64,000 nt of DNA, taken from the IMG/VR virus record IMGVR_UViG_3300026488_000019, positions 1 through 64,000 of that record. The stretch is one strand, 5' to 3'. Position 1 is the stretch's first letter. Each line of letters begins with the position of its first letter. Below, one piece after another: positions 10,024 through 20,543 of the stretch. A program made the translations under genes and the position numbers. A model generated the notes under the pieces. The model ran no database searches, was not told the origin of the DNA, and saw only the letters and a list, made by a program, of their open reading frames with translations. Source of the stretch: a virus.

Positions 10024-10389
10024 TTAGTAGGATTTATACATAGGAATAACCCATACCTTAACAGTTCCTTCAGAAGATAAATCACCATTCATAAAAACAT
10101 TAACTTGTAAAGCCTCCTCATTTTGAGCCATAGGGAGATAAATCCTATACTTGCCTGCACTAAGAATTCTTTTATAATCAACTAAATTAGAACCATCATC
10201 CTGCTGGATAGGAAATATCTCACCTGTGGTAACTTCTTTAGCTCCAAAGGAAACAGTAATAGAATCTTCACTACCTTTAGTGTAATCAATGTAAACCATG
10301 CAATCTCTTCTAGAATTCTCTACTTCTACTGAAATGCTACTATTAGACTCTGCAATCTTATTTCCGTTCTTATCAAATACTTGAATCAT
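10024..10389 (-). CDS. Hypothetical virion-associated beta-rich protein
   Basis: ORF with SD in late operon. Confidence 0.55.
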   Translation of the reverse strand: MIQVFDKNGNKIAESNSSISVEVENSRRDCMVYIDYTKGSEDSITVSFGAKEVTTGEIFPIQQDDGSNLVDYKRILSAGKYRIYLPMAQNEEALQVNVFMNGDLSSEGTVKVWVIPMYKSY

Positions 10390-10399
10390 TTCTCACCTC

Positions 10400-10813
10400 T
10401 TAAGGTAGGAATTTAGTAAGAGGGATATACTTTTCCCTAGTTGCAAAGTAGATTTTGTTATCAGGGATAGAAGAATCATTAAGGATTTGTTTATGTAGTT
10501 GCTTGATTATACCCAACCAACCAGTCCTAACTCCAACCTTGAGTAGCTGTTCCCAACTTTCTCTCAAGTCAAATACCTTACAAAGATTTTCTAGTTCAGT
10601 ATTGAAATCAGAAACTCCTTCTAGAATCTTAGCTGAAGATTCATAAATAAGTTGACCTATTTTATCTACTGTAAGAGAACCTTTAGAATAAGTTACAAGT
10701 TTAGTAGTATGAAGTTTCCAATCAGCTTCATCACTCCTTTGCTTCCATTCAGGGTAATAACGATGGATATAAACGGAAGTTAGTTGAGATAAGACTAATT
10801 CCCTTTCAATCAT
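10400..10813 (-). CDS. Hypothetical, possible fibre assembly chaperone
   Basis: YIHRYYPEWKQ motif; follows a fibre-like gene. Confidence 0.5.
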   Translation of the reverse strand: MIERELVLSQLTSVYIHRYYPEWKQRSDEADWKLHTTKLVTYSKGSLTVDKIGQLIYESSAKILEGVSDFNTELENLCKVFDLRESWEQLLKVGVRTGWLGIIKQLHKQILNDSSIPDNKIYFATREKYIPLTKFLP

Positions 10814-10828
10814 AACTTAACTCCTTAA

Positions 10829-12244
10829 TTATTTCTTAAACTCTTCTTGAGAACCAATTGAATCCATCTCAGTATGCCAATCTACATAAAGTATCGGTAA
10901 TTCACTGTTGAAAGTATCATCAGTATCAGTCCCTAACCTAGTTAATCTGTGGAATACTATTTGAGATAATGATTTAACTTGGTCAATTGCTCCAAAGTTG
11001 AGTAAAACATGCTTACCAATCATATCTTCTGTTATTTCAAAAGTTTTGATTATAGTTTTAACATTCTTGTCCGTAGTACTAACTTGCTGATATTCTGAAC
11101 CAGTATTTATAATTTCTACTGGAATAGTTTCCCATTCCAACTTCAATTTAACCTTTCCAGGACTAGCATCAGGAGGAATGAAAGAGTGTATGTGAAACAT
11201 ACAGTTGCTATCATATTTAGCAGAGTGGTTAAACTGAGTAAAAAATGAGATAGAGCTAATAGTGTTAGGAGGAAAAGCTAAAGTAGTGAACGTAGGAGAA
11301 ATAACTTCAGCATATACAGTGTAATAATCAAGAGGTAATGTATCAATTGGAACTTGTATATCATAGTAAGGATTTTCAGATAAGTTAGTTATTTGAACTA
11401 ACTTATTTCCTTTTTCATCAGTAGTTACAGAAACATCAATATCACTCTCATTGAAGTATCTTCTAACACAAATGTAATCTACTAATAAAGGGTTAAGTGT
11501 GGTATCTGAGTCACAGACAAATTGGAGATATTCTCCACCTTTGTAAAGGATACTTACTGATTTAACTGTTTTATTAACAGATAGGTTCTTAAAGATAGTT
11601 TGAGTAGGAGTTAAAATAGCTTGATAATCATTCCACTTATTAGGTTGTTGAGAACCATTAGGATAACACAAACTAGTACAGATAGAATGATTACCAGTTC
11701 CTTTATCAGAAATTAGATAAAGGGGGCCCAGTCTAATACCTGAGTCAAAATCCATATCTTTAGAATACATATTCCATTCTATTACCACATTAGTAGGAAT
11801 AGGTATTTTAGATTTGGTACCTAGAATGTTATTTCCTCCATTTACCTTTAAATGACTGTTAGCGTCAAGCCCTCCATATTGGTAAGTCCAAGTATCTTCA
11901 TTTAAGGTATCAAAATCATCGTAAAGGAGAAATACAGCTTTATTGTTAGCACTACCTGATCCTGGAACAAACTTATAGGTTTTAGTCTCCCTAGGATTAA
12001 GAGAGGTTTTTATCCAAACTTTATTCTTGTAAACTGCATAATCAGTCTTCTGCTCATACTTAGTAGAAGCTAAAGCATATTCAACTACATTAGGATCACC
12101 TGTAATCCTATTAGTTAGCTGATCATTAAAAACTGTAGCATTACCTGTTAATCTTAAAGAACCATCAGGAGCAAATTCAAATCCAATAGGAAAGGAGGAA
12201 GACCCTCCCTTACCTCCTCTGAAAAAGAAACTTCCTAAACTCAT
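10829..12244 (-). CDS. Tail/receptor-binding protein with DUF2341-like beta domain
   Basis: VWIK...VFLLYDDFD...VDYICVRRY pattern. Confidence 0.6.
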   Translation of the reverse strand: MSLGSFFFRGGKGGSSSFPIGFEFAPDGSLRLTGNATVFNDQLTNRITGDPNVVEYALASTKYEQKTDYAVYKNKVWIKTSLNPRETKTYKFVPGSGSANNKAVFLLYDDFDTLNEDTWTYQYGGLDANSHLKVNGGNNILGTKSKIPIPTNVVIEWNMYSKDMDFDSGIRLGPLYLISDKGTGNHSICTSLCYPNGSQQPNKWNDYQAILTPTQTIFKNLSVNKTVKSVSILYKGGEYLQFVCDSDTTLNPLLVDYICVRRYFNESDIDVSVTTDEKGNKLVQITNLSENPYYDIQVPIDTLPLDYYTVYAEVISPTFTTLAFPPNTISSISFFTQFNHSAKYDSNCMFHIHSFIPPDASPGKVKLKLEWETIPVEIINTGSEYQQVSTTDKNVKTIIKTFEITEDMIGKHVLLNFGAIDQVKSLSQIVFHRLTRLGTDTDDTFNSELPILYVDWHTEMDSIGSQEEFKK

Positions 12245-12322
12245 TGTTCTACCTCATTTAACGTTGTTTAGAGATAATAAGTGAAACATTGATTGTTTAC
12301 TTAAACAAAGGATACATAGCCA

Positions 12323-12736
12323 TTACTTACTTCCCTTAATACCGTAGATTTCTTTAAAGAGTTTACCTATCTTGTCTTGCCTATCCATGAGTTTATCTAT
12401 TAACTCCTTACCGTTTATTAGAAATTCTACATCAGCACGAGTTTGAATTGAATGATACTTATTAAATGCATATTCAATCATTTCACGAGTTTCCTTATCC
12501 ATTTTATCTTTAATTTCATTTGGGATAGCTTCTTCCCAAATTCTAGAAAGGAGAGCAAAGATTAGAGAAATCATTTTAGCATTATCTGCAACACTATCAT
12601 GTATATCAAATACTTCATTATTAACCCTATACCTCATTTTACCTTTCTTGTTTAGAGAAATAGAAGATGGTTCCTCTATTACAACTTTTTTAAAGAATCC
12701 TGGTTTCACTTGCTTCTTTGCAATTTTAAACTTCAT
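12323..12736 (-). CDS. Hypothetical protein, possible fibre chaperone
   Basis: Directly downstream of the LamG fibre gene. Confidence 0.55.
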   Translation of the reverse strand: MKFKIAKKQVKPGFFKKVVIEEPSSISLNKKGKMRYRVNNEVFDIHDSVADNAKMISLIFALLSRIWEEAIPNEIKDKMDKETREMIEYAFNKYHSIQTRADVEFLINGKELIDKLMDRQDKIGKLFKEIYGIKGSK

Positions 12737-12756
12737 TACATTCTCCTCACTAAAGA

Positions 12757-15744
12757 TTACTCAGTCCATAAATTAACTTTGAAATTATCTACATATGTAT
12801 TTTCAATACCTTCAAGTTTGACTCTCAGTGCTCTACCTTTCTTATTAACAGTTTGGTACTTTGATCTGATAATGTCTTGATCTGTCAAGTAAGTTCTATT
12901 CTGTAGAGTTTGAAGTGTAATTCTCTGTGGAATGATAACAGATGTAATGGTAGAAGGTTGTTCTGGTACTTTAATTTGATAATTAATAGGTAAGAGATAT
13001 TGATGAACTTTGTCATCACTACCACTTAGTATATACACTTTATCGCCATTTGGATGGAAAAAGATGCTCTGTGGTTTTGACTCAATTTTATAACTTGATA
13101 CGAAAGTTGCTGTAGTAACATCCCAAGGTGTTGAAAGGTTATATTGGCAAACCAATGGGTCTGTTGTGCCTACTACATACATTTTATCACCAGTTGGATT
13201 AAAAGAAATACCAGTTAAATAGTCAAAGAATTCCTTAATACTTTTACTTGATTCAAGAGAGGCTGTGGTAACATCCCAAGGTGTTGAAAGGTTATATTGA
13301 TAAACTGTATTATTACCATCTCCAACTATATACATTTTACTTCCATCTGGATGGAAAAACAAGTCTCGTGGGTTATTGTCTTTATCTTTAATACTCTTAC
13401 TTGATACGAAAGTTGCCGTAGTAACGTCCCAAGGAGTAGAAAGGTTATACTGGTAAACTTTATCATTCCAAGAACCCACTATATACATTTTAGTACCATC
13501 TGGATAAAAGAAAATACCTTGTGGAGAGGAATCCTGGTCTTTAATACTTTTACTTGATTCAAGAGAGGCTGTAGTAACATCCCAAGGTGTTGATAGGTTA
13601 TATTGATAAACTGTAGCGTTAGTATAACCCACTATATACATTTTACTACCATCTGGGCGGAAGAAAATTCCTCCTGGATTTGTTTCTTCTTTTCCAACAG
13701 AGTAATCTGATATGAGAACCATAGTGGAAGTATCCCAACTACCTTTAGGAGTTACTTCATTCACTTTTACGTTATTACCATTAATAATTAAAGAATCTTC
13801 TGCTTTTACTAAATCCCTTCTAATGTCTTGAAATTCAAAAGATGATGTAGTAGCATTCTGTATTTTATCACTTATATCTTCGTCTTTCCACAGGCACCTA
13901 TCTGAATTAGATTCTAATGCAACATAAACTTTGGTTGGTTCTTTCCAAGCTTTTGTAGGAGGATTGGTAAGGTTAAAAGAGGAAATATCTATTTTATATA
14001 ACTCCTCTTTATATAGAGCCTTAATTTCTTCTTCTGATAAAGGCCTGTTAAAAATACGAACCTGATCTACGCTCCCTACTAGAGGTTGATAACCACCCCC
14101 ATCATAACCAGAACCTATTGTTGCATTCTTATCAGCATTTGTTGGTGTTGAAATTGATTCCGAACCTACCAAAACACTATTAACATAGAAAGATAAAGTT
14201 TTACCATCAAAAGTAACTACTAGGTGATACCAAGTCTTCTCTTTAGCAGGATAAGATATTATCTTACCAGAACTTCCTGAAATCCCATAATCAGTAAATA
14301 TTTCATTTGAGTTTGCTTTACGAGCAATTATTACTCCTCTTCTATCTACTGTGGTACCTGAAGCATAAAAATATTTGTCAAAAAATCTAGACCACTTATC
14401 ATTTATAGTATCAAATTTACCCCAAAGTGAAATAGTAAAAGGTTTAGTAGTGTCTAAAGCAGTTGAAGAGTTCTGGAGTTCTATATAACTACCTCCATCA
14501 AACTTAGCACACTTTCCAAACTTACCAATTTCGTACTGCTCACTACCTTTCCAAAGTCCATTGTACTTTCCACCTAGATCACTAGGATCTCCGTCTAAAG
14601 TATAAGTTGCAATGCAACTACCATCGTTGAAAACATCTAAAACATTAACAGTATTCACAATATCAGGATAACCATCTAGTTGTTTTTCTATTACTTCATT
14701 GTTAGAACATACTAATAAATTTTCACCTTTCAAAACTTCTGTTACAGTTTTAATTTCATTAACATCTGCTGAAACTATCTTAACTTCTCTAGGCTTTTCG
14801 TCAACTTCAATCTGATACCAATTCCAATCACTATCAGTTTCTTCTTGTTCAAAAGGTGTTGATACCCAAATAGAAAAAGATTCTTTCCTAAAAGCTTGTT
14901 CAGGAGCTTGGCTTAAATAGGAAAGTTGACAATGGTAATATTTCTCTCCAAGAGATAATAATTTAATTTCTTCTTCAGATAGGATACGATTAAAAATACG
15001 AATCTGGTCAACATAGGTTCCACTGCAAGCAAAATCGTTAGGATTATTATTGTCTGGATCCCAATCTCCTCCAATAAGTAAAGGTCTATCTACAGTTGAT
15101 AAATCAACCGAAGGTATTTCCAAAACCTTTTCACCATCTACATAAACATTTCCTAATGTATCAACAACTAGATGATGCCATAAATTATCCTCATAAGTTA
15201 GAGGAAGTGGTTTTGTGGATTCACCTTGATTAATATCAAAAAACATCTTCTTCTTTAGATCAGTTGTATATTGCCACAAATTTAAAATATTTTTACCGTT
15301 ACCAAAAAAGCTAAATAAACAGTGTTGAGCTGAAGTATCAATCTCCCCTTGTTTAAACCAAAAAGAGAGGGTTACTGTAGCTGGAAAACTACTAACACCA
15401 GTTTTTATAGAATTGTTTCCATTAAATTTAGCACATTGGTCAAACTTACCTGTATCATATTGTTCACTACCATACCAAGTTCCATTATGATTACCTGATA
15501 AGTCATTAGCATTCCCATCCAAAGTATAAGTTGCAATGCAACTACCATCACCAAAAATATCAAGAGTGTTGATAAAATTCAGTTCATCAACTTTTGACGG
15601 AGTAAACTCAACGAATTTATCAGATTTATTATAGACAATTATTTTATCCTTATTTGATATCCTATCAAAAAGATATAAGTCGTCTTTTGTTGTTTTTGAA
15701 GTTATTATACGAAGTTCTTTCCATCCGCCTTTAAGTGCTTTCAT
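12757..15744 (-). CDS. Tail fibre/adhesin with two LamG (ConA-like) domains and a beta-propeller repeat domain
   Basis: Two GSCIATYTLDG...WxHLVV...DQxRIFNR units; four 51-aa YNLSTPWDVTTA repeats. Confidence 0.82.
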   Translation of the reverse strand: MKALKGGWKELRIITSKTTKDDLYLFDRISNKDKIIVYNKSDKFVEFTPSKVDELNFINTLDIFGDGSCIATYTLDGNANDLSGNHNGTWYGSEQYDTGKFDQCAKFNGNNSIKTGVSSFPATVTLSFWFKQGEIDTSAQHCLFSFFGNGKNILNLWQYTTDLKKKMFFDINQGESTKPLPLTYEDNLWHHLVVDTLGNVYVDGEKVLEIPSVDLSTVDRPLLIGGDWDPDNNNPNDFACSGTYVDQIRIFNRILSEEEIKLLSLGEKYYHCQLSYLSQAPEQAFRKESFSIWVSTPFEQEETDSDWNWYQIEVDEKPREVKIVSADVNEIKTVTEVLKGENLLVCSNNEVIEKQLDGYPDIVNTVNVLDVFNDGSCIATYTLDGDPSDLGGKYNGLWKGSEQYEIGKFGKCAKFDGGSYIELQNSSTALDTTKPFTISLWGKFDTINDKWSRFFDKYFYASGTTVDRRGVIIARKANSNEIFTDYGISGSSGKIISYPAKEKTWYHLVVTFDGKTLSFYVNSVLVGSESISTPTNADKNATIGSGYDGGGYQPLVGSVDQVRIFNRPLSEEEIKALYKEELYKIDISSFNLTNPPTKAWKEPTKVYVALESNSDRCLWKDEDISDKIQNATTSSFEFQDIRRDLVKAEDSLIINGNNVKVNEVTPKGSWDTSTMVLISDYSVGKEETNPGGIFFRPDGSKMYIVGYTNATVYQYNLSTPWDVTTASLESSKSIKDQDSSPQGIFFYPDGTKMYIVGSWNDKVYQYNLSTPWDVTTATFVSSKSIKDKDNNPRDLFFHPDGSKMYIVGDGNNTVYQYNLSTPWDVTTASLESSKSIKEFFDYLTGISFNPTGDKMYVVGTTDPLVCQYNLSTPWDVTTATFVSSYKIESKPQSIFFHPNGDKVYILSGSDDKVHQYLLPINYQIKVPEQPSTITSVIIPQRITLQTLQNRTYLTDQDIIRSKYQTVNKKGRALRVKLEGIENTYVDNFKVNLWTE
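13080..13690 (-). repeat. Four intragenic 153-nt repeats (propeller blades)
   Basis: TCCCAAGG anchor at 13121, 13274, 13427, 13580. Confidence 0.85.
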
Positions 15745-15761
15745 ATGTTAAGCCTCCAATA

Positions 15762-16940
15762 TTAAGCTGTTAAGTCCCAACCATCATTATATTCAGTACT
15801 ATCTTGAAAGTTGGAAACACTTACAGCTGAATCAGATACAAGTGGTACATTTTTAATAGTAAGTTGCTTAGAAACTCTTTCAGTTGCGTCATTACCATCT
15901 GAATTCCTAGTTACCCATAAAGTAATGGTAGCTGTTGTGTCTTGATCTACTTCAGGCAATTCCCAAGTAAAATGCATTCCTGTTACTGTAAGTGTCCCAT
16001 GAGTAACAGTTCCACTTAAGGAATACTTAGAAGTATCAAAAGTCCTACCGTCATCATGGGTAACATCACCTTCCACTGTAGAAAGCTCATTCTCTTGGGA
16101 CGGAATTGTATATTCAATTTGGTACTTGGTAGTGTTATACTCTAGTACATTAGACCAGTTTGAAGAATGACCTTTATCTCCATTATACCTAGCTCTTACA
16201 TAATAAGTTGAATCTACATCAAGTACATCAGAAGAAATTGTTAGTGTATCCTGTTTTGATGGATCAGTTTCAGTGTAGCTAAAGACTAGATTACTAAATT
16301 CAGAATCAGTAGCTATTTCCCAATTAGTACTTTTCCAATTGTCTGAACATCCTACTGCTTTAAATGATGTAAGTTTAAATGTAGGATAAAGTGAACCTGT
16401 ATCAGATGTAGATAATGTAGGTGTTTCTATGTAAGCACTAGCTGTTGTAAACTTAACAGGATCAGACCAGTCTGATATGTGGTAATCTGATTTATACCTT
16501 ACTCTTACATAGTAAGTAGTTTCTGGGTCTAAGTTTTTGGGTTGATAAGAGGTTAAGTTAATAGTATCGTTATATGAGGACTCAACTATATTAGTAAACT
16601 CAGAATCAGTAGCTATTTCCCAATCAGATGCTTGATGAGTACCATAGAAATGCTGTGTTGGTTGAAATGGAGAAGACTCAATTGTTCCTAAAAAATCAGT
16701 TTCTCTATTAGTAGGGTTAGTAATAGTTGGTTTAACTATTACAGTAGCATCTTTCTTTGAAACACTTTCAATGGTTTCTGAAAGAGTCTCTAACTCTTGA
16801 ACTAGGTATTGATCATTTTCTAACAGTTGGGCTATTGGTCTATTAGCAACTCCTTGAGGAGTATCATCTGTAGTTCCATCAAACTTTTCGTATTGTTTAT
16901 ACCAATTTAAATTGTGGTAAGGAAGTTTCTTTTTGGCCAC
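15762..16940 (-). CDS. Tail fibre protein with two FN3/Ig-like repeats
   Basis: Duplicated WEIATDSEF...YYVRxRY...SxWS; N-terminal ANRPIAQLLENDQYL fibre motif; GTG start. Confidence 0.72.
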   Translation of the reverse strand: MAKKKLPYHNLNWYKQYEKFDGTTDDTPQGVANRPIAQLLENDQYLVQELETLSETIESVSKKDATVIVKPTITNPTNRETDFLGTIESSPFQPTQHFYGTHQASDWEIATDSEFTNIVESSYNDTINLTSYQPKNLDPETTYYVRVRYKSDYHISDWSDPVKFTTASAYIETPTLSTSDTGSLYPTFKLTSFKAVGCSDNWKSTNWEIATDSEFSNLVFSYTETDPSKQDTLTISSDVLDVDSTYYVRARYNGDKGHSSNWSNVLEYNTTKYQIEYTIPSQENELSTVEGDVTHDDGRTFDTSKYSLSGTVTHGTLTVTGMHFTWELPEVDQDTTATITLWVTRNSDGNDATERVSKQLTIKNVPLVSDSAVSVSNFQDSTEYNDGWDLTA

Positions 16941-16970
16941 TATTTGATCCTCCCAATCAGCTTCAACAAA

Positions 16971-17825
16971 TTAAGGAATTTTATACAACACAAAAGTAGA
17001 AAATTGAGAGGCTGAGGAAAGCTGAGATTTAAGCCTTTCTTTATCTTTGGTTATATGAAAAGGATTACCATTTTCAAAGATTTCAACATTAGGATACAGT
17101 TTAATGTCTTGAGAATAATAAGTAAGCTTATTATAAGCTTCTTTAACAGAACGGAGATTACTCCCTACTCCGTCTTGAATATAACAGTATATAAAAGGAA
17201 GATTGCATAAATCTTTTATGTATTGAAAATTTGGATTACTACAACCATTCCAGTAAGGAGAAACAACTGTAACGTATTTATACTTTTGGTATGCATAATT
17301 AGCAACTTCCCTTACATAAGAGGAATAGTTATCAAAAATAACACATAAGTTGAGTTCTTCAGGAATGTAAACTCCTAAAATGGAGGATTTCCATTTTGAA
17401 TAAATCCAATCTATATATCTTTTTTGATGTTCAACCCATTCTTTATTATAGTAACCATTAGACTGAGCAAATTTAGGATAATCTACATCTAAGCCAACAA
17501 TCACCTGAAAATTATTATCAATTAGATGTTGAATAATTCTGTTTTGGTTCCGTATATCTAAGTTTCCATTGTAAGTATCATAATTGACAATAAAGAAGCT
17601 AAAATCACAGTTTAATTCTGCTTCAGTTAGATAAATTTTCTCTAACAAGTTTTCTGGAGAATCTTTGTGATATTTATCTTGATAAATAAATGCTCCAACC
17701 TCATTATTTAATACCAACTTCATTTCAGTTCCAGTTGACTTGTTAGAAGGAGGGTTGTTGCCACCTCCTCCACAGGATATAAAAGTAGTAGCAACAACCC
17801 CCAAAATAACAAATAAACTACGCAT
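16971..17825 (-). CDS. Lipoprotein, putative glycoside hydrolase (TIM barrel, DUF4434-like)
   Basis: Lipobox FISCGGGG; GVYIPEE, VSPYW, QDGVG, NVEIF motifs. Confidence 0.65.
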   Translation of the reverse strand: MRSLFVILGVVATTFISCGGGGNNPPSNKSTGTEMKLVLNNEVGAFIYQDKYHKDSPENLLEKIYLTEAELNCDFSFFIVNYDTYNGNLDIRNQNRIIQHLIDNNFQVIVGLDVDYPKFAQSNGYYNKEWVEHQKRYIDWIYSKWKSSILGVYIPEELNLCVIFDNYSSYVREVANYAYQKYKYVTVVSPYWNGCSNPNFQYIKDLCNLPFIYCYIQDGVGSNLRSVKEAYNKLTYYSQDIKLYPNVEIFENGNPFHITKDKERLKSQLSSASQFSTFVLYKIP

Positions 17826-17827
17826 TT

Positions 17828-18415
17828 TTATCCTCTTGATGCAGTGTTGGTACTATCTGATGTAGCAGTAGAACTGCTATTTTGAAGTAAGTTAATAGCG
17901 TCTTGAATAGTATAGTCTAACACAAAGAATTTATGGGTAGGTCTTATCCAAAACTTTACCTCAGTCTTGGTTGCTAAGGAATGAAAAATTCTTTCTTTTA
18001 TAGTAAAAGCGTTAGGAACTATTGAATATACCTTAGTTACCTTATAGACTCCAGGAAAAAGAAAGGTTAATTTCATTCTGGATGAGTTAGAGTTTCGGAA
18101 TACCACTGGAACTAGTAGCGAATGGGTTTTAGAAGTAATTTCTACCAAATAGTAAGAGTTCTCTAAAGCTAAAGGTTTTCTTAAATAAATATCTGAATAC
18201 ACCTCAACTGTATAATTGTAAGGTTGTCCTTTTTCTAAGAAGTACTTTCCTGAAAATACAAAGGTAATGTCTGTTTCAGTAGGTAAATACTCCAAAGGTT
18301 CTATGTACCAATCTTTTCTATTTATGTTACCTTCATAGTAAGAAAAACCATCTAATTCTAGAATAGGAGTTAAAGGTATTTCCTTTTTATAAGTTGTAGG
18401 CACACGAAATTTCAT
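17828..18415 (-). CDS. Hypothetical tail protein
   Basis: ORF in fibre cluster. Confidence 0.55.
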   Translation of the reverse strand: MKFRVPTTYKKEIPLTPILELDGFSYYEGNINRKDWYIEPLEYLPTETDITFVFSGKYFLEKGQPYNYTVEVYSDIYLRKPLALENSYYLVEITSKTHSLLVPVVFRNSNSSRMKLTFLFPGVYKVTKVYSIVPNAFTIKERIFHSLATKTEVKFWIRPTHKFFVLDYTIQDAINLLQNSSSTATSDSTNTASRG

Positions 18416-18416
18416 A

Positions 18417-20531
18417 TTAAGCCTCCTTTGGAAGTGCAGAGTAAGCTATTAATTCATACTCATGTGGACCTTGAAGTGAGCAAGAAACAGTCTGTTCTTT
18501 TGTTTCTTCAAAGATTTCTGGTACTTCATTAAGGGTTTCATCAGCAGTATCAGTTGAATAGGTCTTACGTTCAAATTCATATTCTAACTTGTCTTTGTTT
18601 ATTAAGCTAGTTCCTTCAGATACAAGAACTTTTTCGTCCTTTCCATACACTAACTTTGAAACTGGTTCATAGTCTGGAGCAATCCATATCCTAATATGAT
18701 AGTCGTCATATTCATCTTTAAAAAACTTAAAAGCAAAGTAGCACCCAAATACCTTTTTGTTGAGGAGATAGTCATTAAGAGCTCCAGTATAATGGGTATT
18801 CAGTATATTACCTGATCTATCAACTAACATTCCACCTATCCACATCTTTTCAATAGAGGAGTCACATAATTCAAAAAGACGAGAACCAAGTTCTACAACT
18901 TTGTAGGTTGTATCATTTTCCTTTCTAAGGAAAGTATTTTTAGCAAGAGGTACTAAATCAGTAGGTCTTAATGAATCATCTAAAAAGATAATGTAAGGAG
19001 AGTTGAGAGAATTACTAGGAGGTAAAGAACCCTCACCTTTCCATTTGTAGGTTTTACCTGAATTTAGGTCTGATATAACAAATCTATCATCAGGAGTGTA
19101 ACTAACATCACGAATTAATACAGCCAACCTTTTGTCTAAGGAAAAGGACATAAAAGGAACTTCATTATAATGAGTGATAGTATCTATTGCTGTATTTGGA
19201 AACTTAAAAGTAATTAAATTTTTATCTGGAGTTGATACAGCGTAAAAACATTGTGATGCATTAGTCAAAATACCATAACTAGAAGGACAATCTTGGGAGG
19301 AACTGCTAGGACAATTCACATTTGTTTTAGTTAAAACTAGACCTCTTACTCTAAAGTAGTCGCTATAGTATTTATAATTACCAAAAGTTTCCATCCAAAG
19401 TCTAGAAGAATCTGTAACTAAATCTTGACTGTGAGTATCTTGAGCTCTATACTCAACATAACCATCAAGGTCAAGATATGAACAAAAACTTCTTACTGTA
19501 GTAGAGGAGCAAATACAATCTGGATGAAGTGTCCAACCATCATCTTTACAAGTTCCATGACAAGTGTAATAATCTATATCTACATTTGGTCCGTAGCCTA
19601 ACTCAACAGAATCTGATTCTTCAATTGCATATTTCCTAATTTTCTTCTCCTTGAAATCATAAGATATGAGAAGTCCTGAAGAACTAAGTAGGAATTTAAA
19701 AGAATTACTCTGAACAATTGGTTTGTTAAATTCAGTAGAAGGGTCATCGTTTCCTTCTACTACAACTCCATATCCACTAGCAAAAGTCAACTCATTAAAC
19801 AAGATATAGTTTATCGTATTCCCTTTTTGAACTTTCAAAACGAATGGTACTTTACCTACTTCTCTAGGAGTAATATATGAAATCCTGAATTTATTGCTAT
19901 CTAACTTCTTAACTACTAATCTTGGGTCATTAGAAATTATTTCTACATTATCAGGAGCTTGGTCAAAATTGAAGGTGAGGTCATAGTAATAAACATTTTG
20001 TTTAGTGCAAGTCCAGTACCAAAATACCTCTATTTCTTCTTTAGTCTTACCTTCATAATCTACTACATCCCAAGAGTTAAGGTTGGAAAAGTTTTCGCTA
20101 CTATCTTTACATGTAACTTCTATAAAAGCAGGTTCAGAAAGATTACCTAACCTGTTTACTGCATAACAAACGATTTTAAACTTATCTCCTGGTTTAGCAT
20201 CAGAAGGAATAGTAAATTCTAAGGTGTCCCCTGCTACTGAATTACCATCAGGTAAAATCCACTTGTAGAAGATGTATTCAGAAGGGTCTCTTGGTATAGA
20301 AAAACCTGCTTTTAATGTAATCTTTTCACCAGCTTTTCCACTAGCTTCTCCCCAAACTAAAGGCTTAGTTAATTGAATTTCTAGAGCACTTAATTTACCT
20401 AAACTTGAACTGATTTGTTCAGAAAGCTCTTCAAAATTAGAGTTCATATCGTTGGAAAGGTTGTCAATGTCAAAACCCAACTCTCTAAGTTTCTTGTAAA
20501 TAGCTGGAGTTAAAAGTTCAAAACTTCCCAT
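18417..20531 (-). CDS. Putative tail fibre/structural protein with PKD/Ig-like N-domain
   Basis: YKWILPDG...TLEFTIP...AVNRLGNLS; Cys-rich middle; position after tail-collar gene. Confidence 0.6.
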   Translation of the reverse strand: MGSFELLTPAIYKKLRELGFDIDNLSNDMNSNFEELSEQISSSLGKLSALEIQLTKPLVWGEASGKAGEKITLKAGFSIPRDPSEYIFYKWILPDGNSVAGDTLEFTIPSDAKPGDKFKIVCYAVNRLGNLSEPAFIEVTCKDSSENFSNLNSWDVVDYEGKTKEEIEVFWYWTCTKQNVYYYDLTFNFDQAPDNVEIISNDPRLVVKKLDSNKFRISYITPREVGKVPFVLKVQKGNTINYILFNELTFASGYGVVVEGNDDPSTEFNKPIVQSNSFKFLLSSSGLLISYDFKEKKIRKYAIEESDSVELGYGPNVDIDYYTCHGTCKDDGWTLHPDCICSSTTVRSFCSYLDLDGYVEYRAQDTHSQDLVTDSSRLWMETFGNYKYYSDYFRVRGLVLTKTNVNCPSSSSQDCPSSYGILTNASQCFYAVSTPDKNLITFKFPNTAIDTITHYNEVPFMSFSLDKRLAVLIRDVSYTPDDRFVISDLNSGKTYKWKGEGSLPPSNSLNSPYIIFLDDSLRPTDLVPLAKNTFLRKENDTTYKVVELGSRLFELCDSSIEKMWIGGMLVDRSGNILNTHYTGALNDYLLNKKVFGCYFAFKFFKDEYDDYHIRIWIAPDYEPVSKLVYGKDEKVLVSEGTSLINKDKLEYEFERKTYSTDTADETLNEVPEIFEETKEQTVSCSLQGPHEYELIAYSALPKEA

Positions 20532-20543
20532 TTATACCTCCAA

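Noticed and set aside
12245-12323. Mini-ORF MAMYPLFK between fibre genes
   Set aside because: Only 8 codons and no recoding signal; at most a remnant of a module swap
16941-16973. In-frame fusion of the lipoprotein with the downstream fibre gene
   Set aside because: Stop is TAA, no downstream hairpin, and the fibre gene has its own GGAGG SD before GTG 16940
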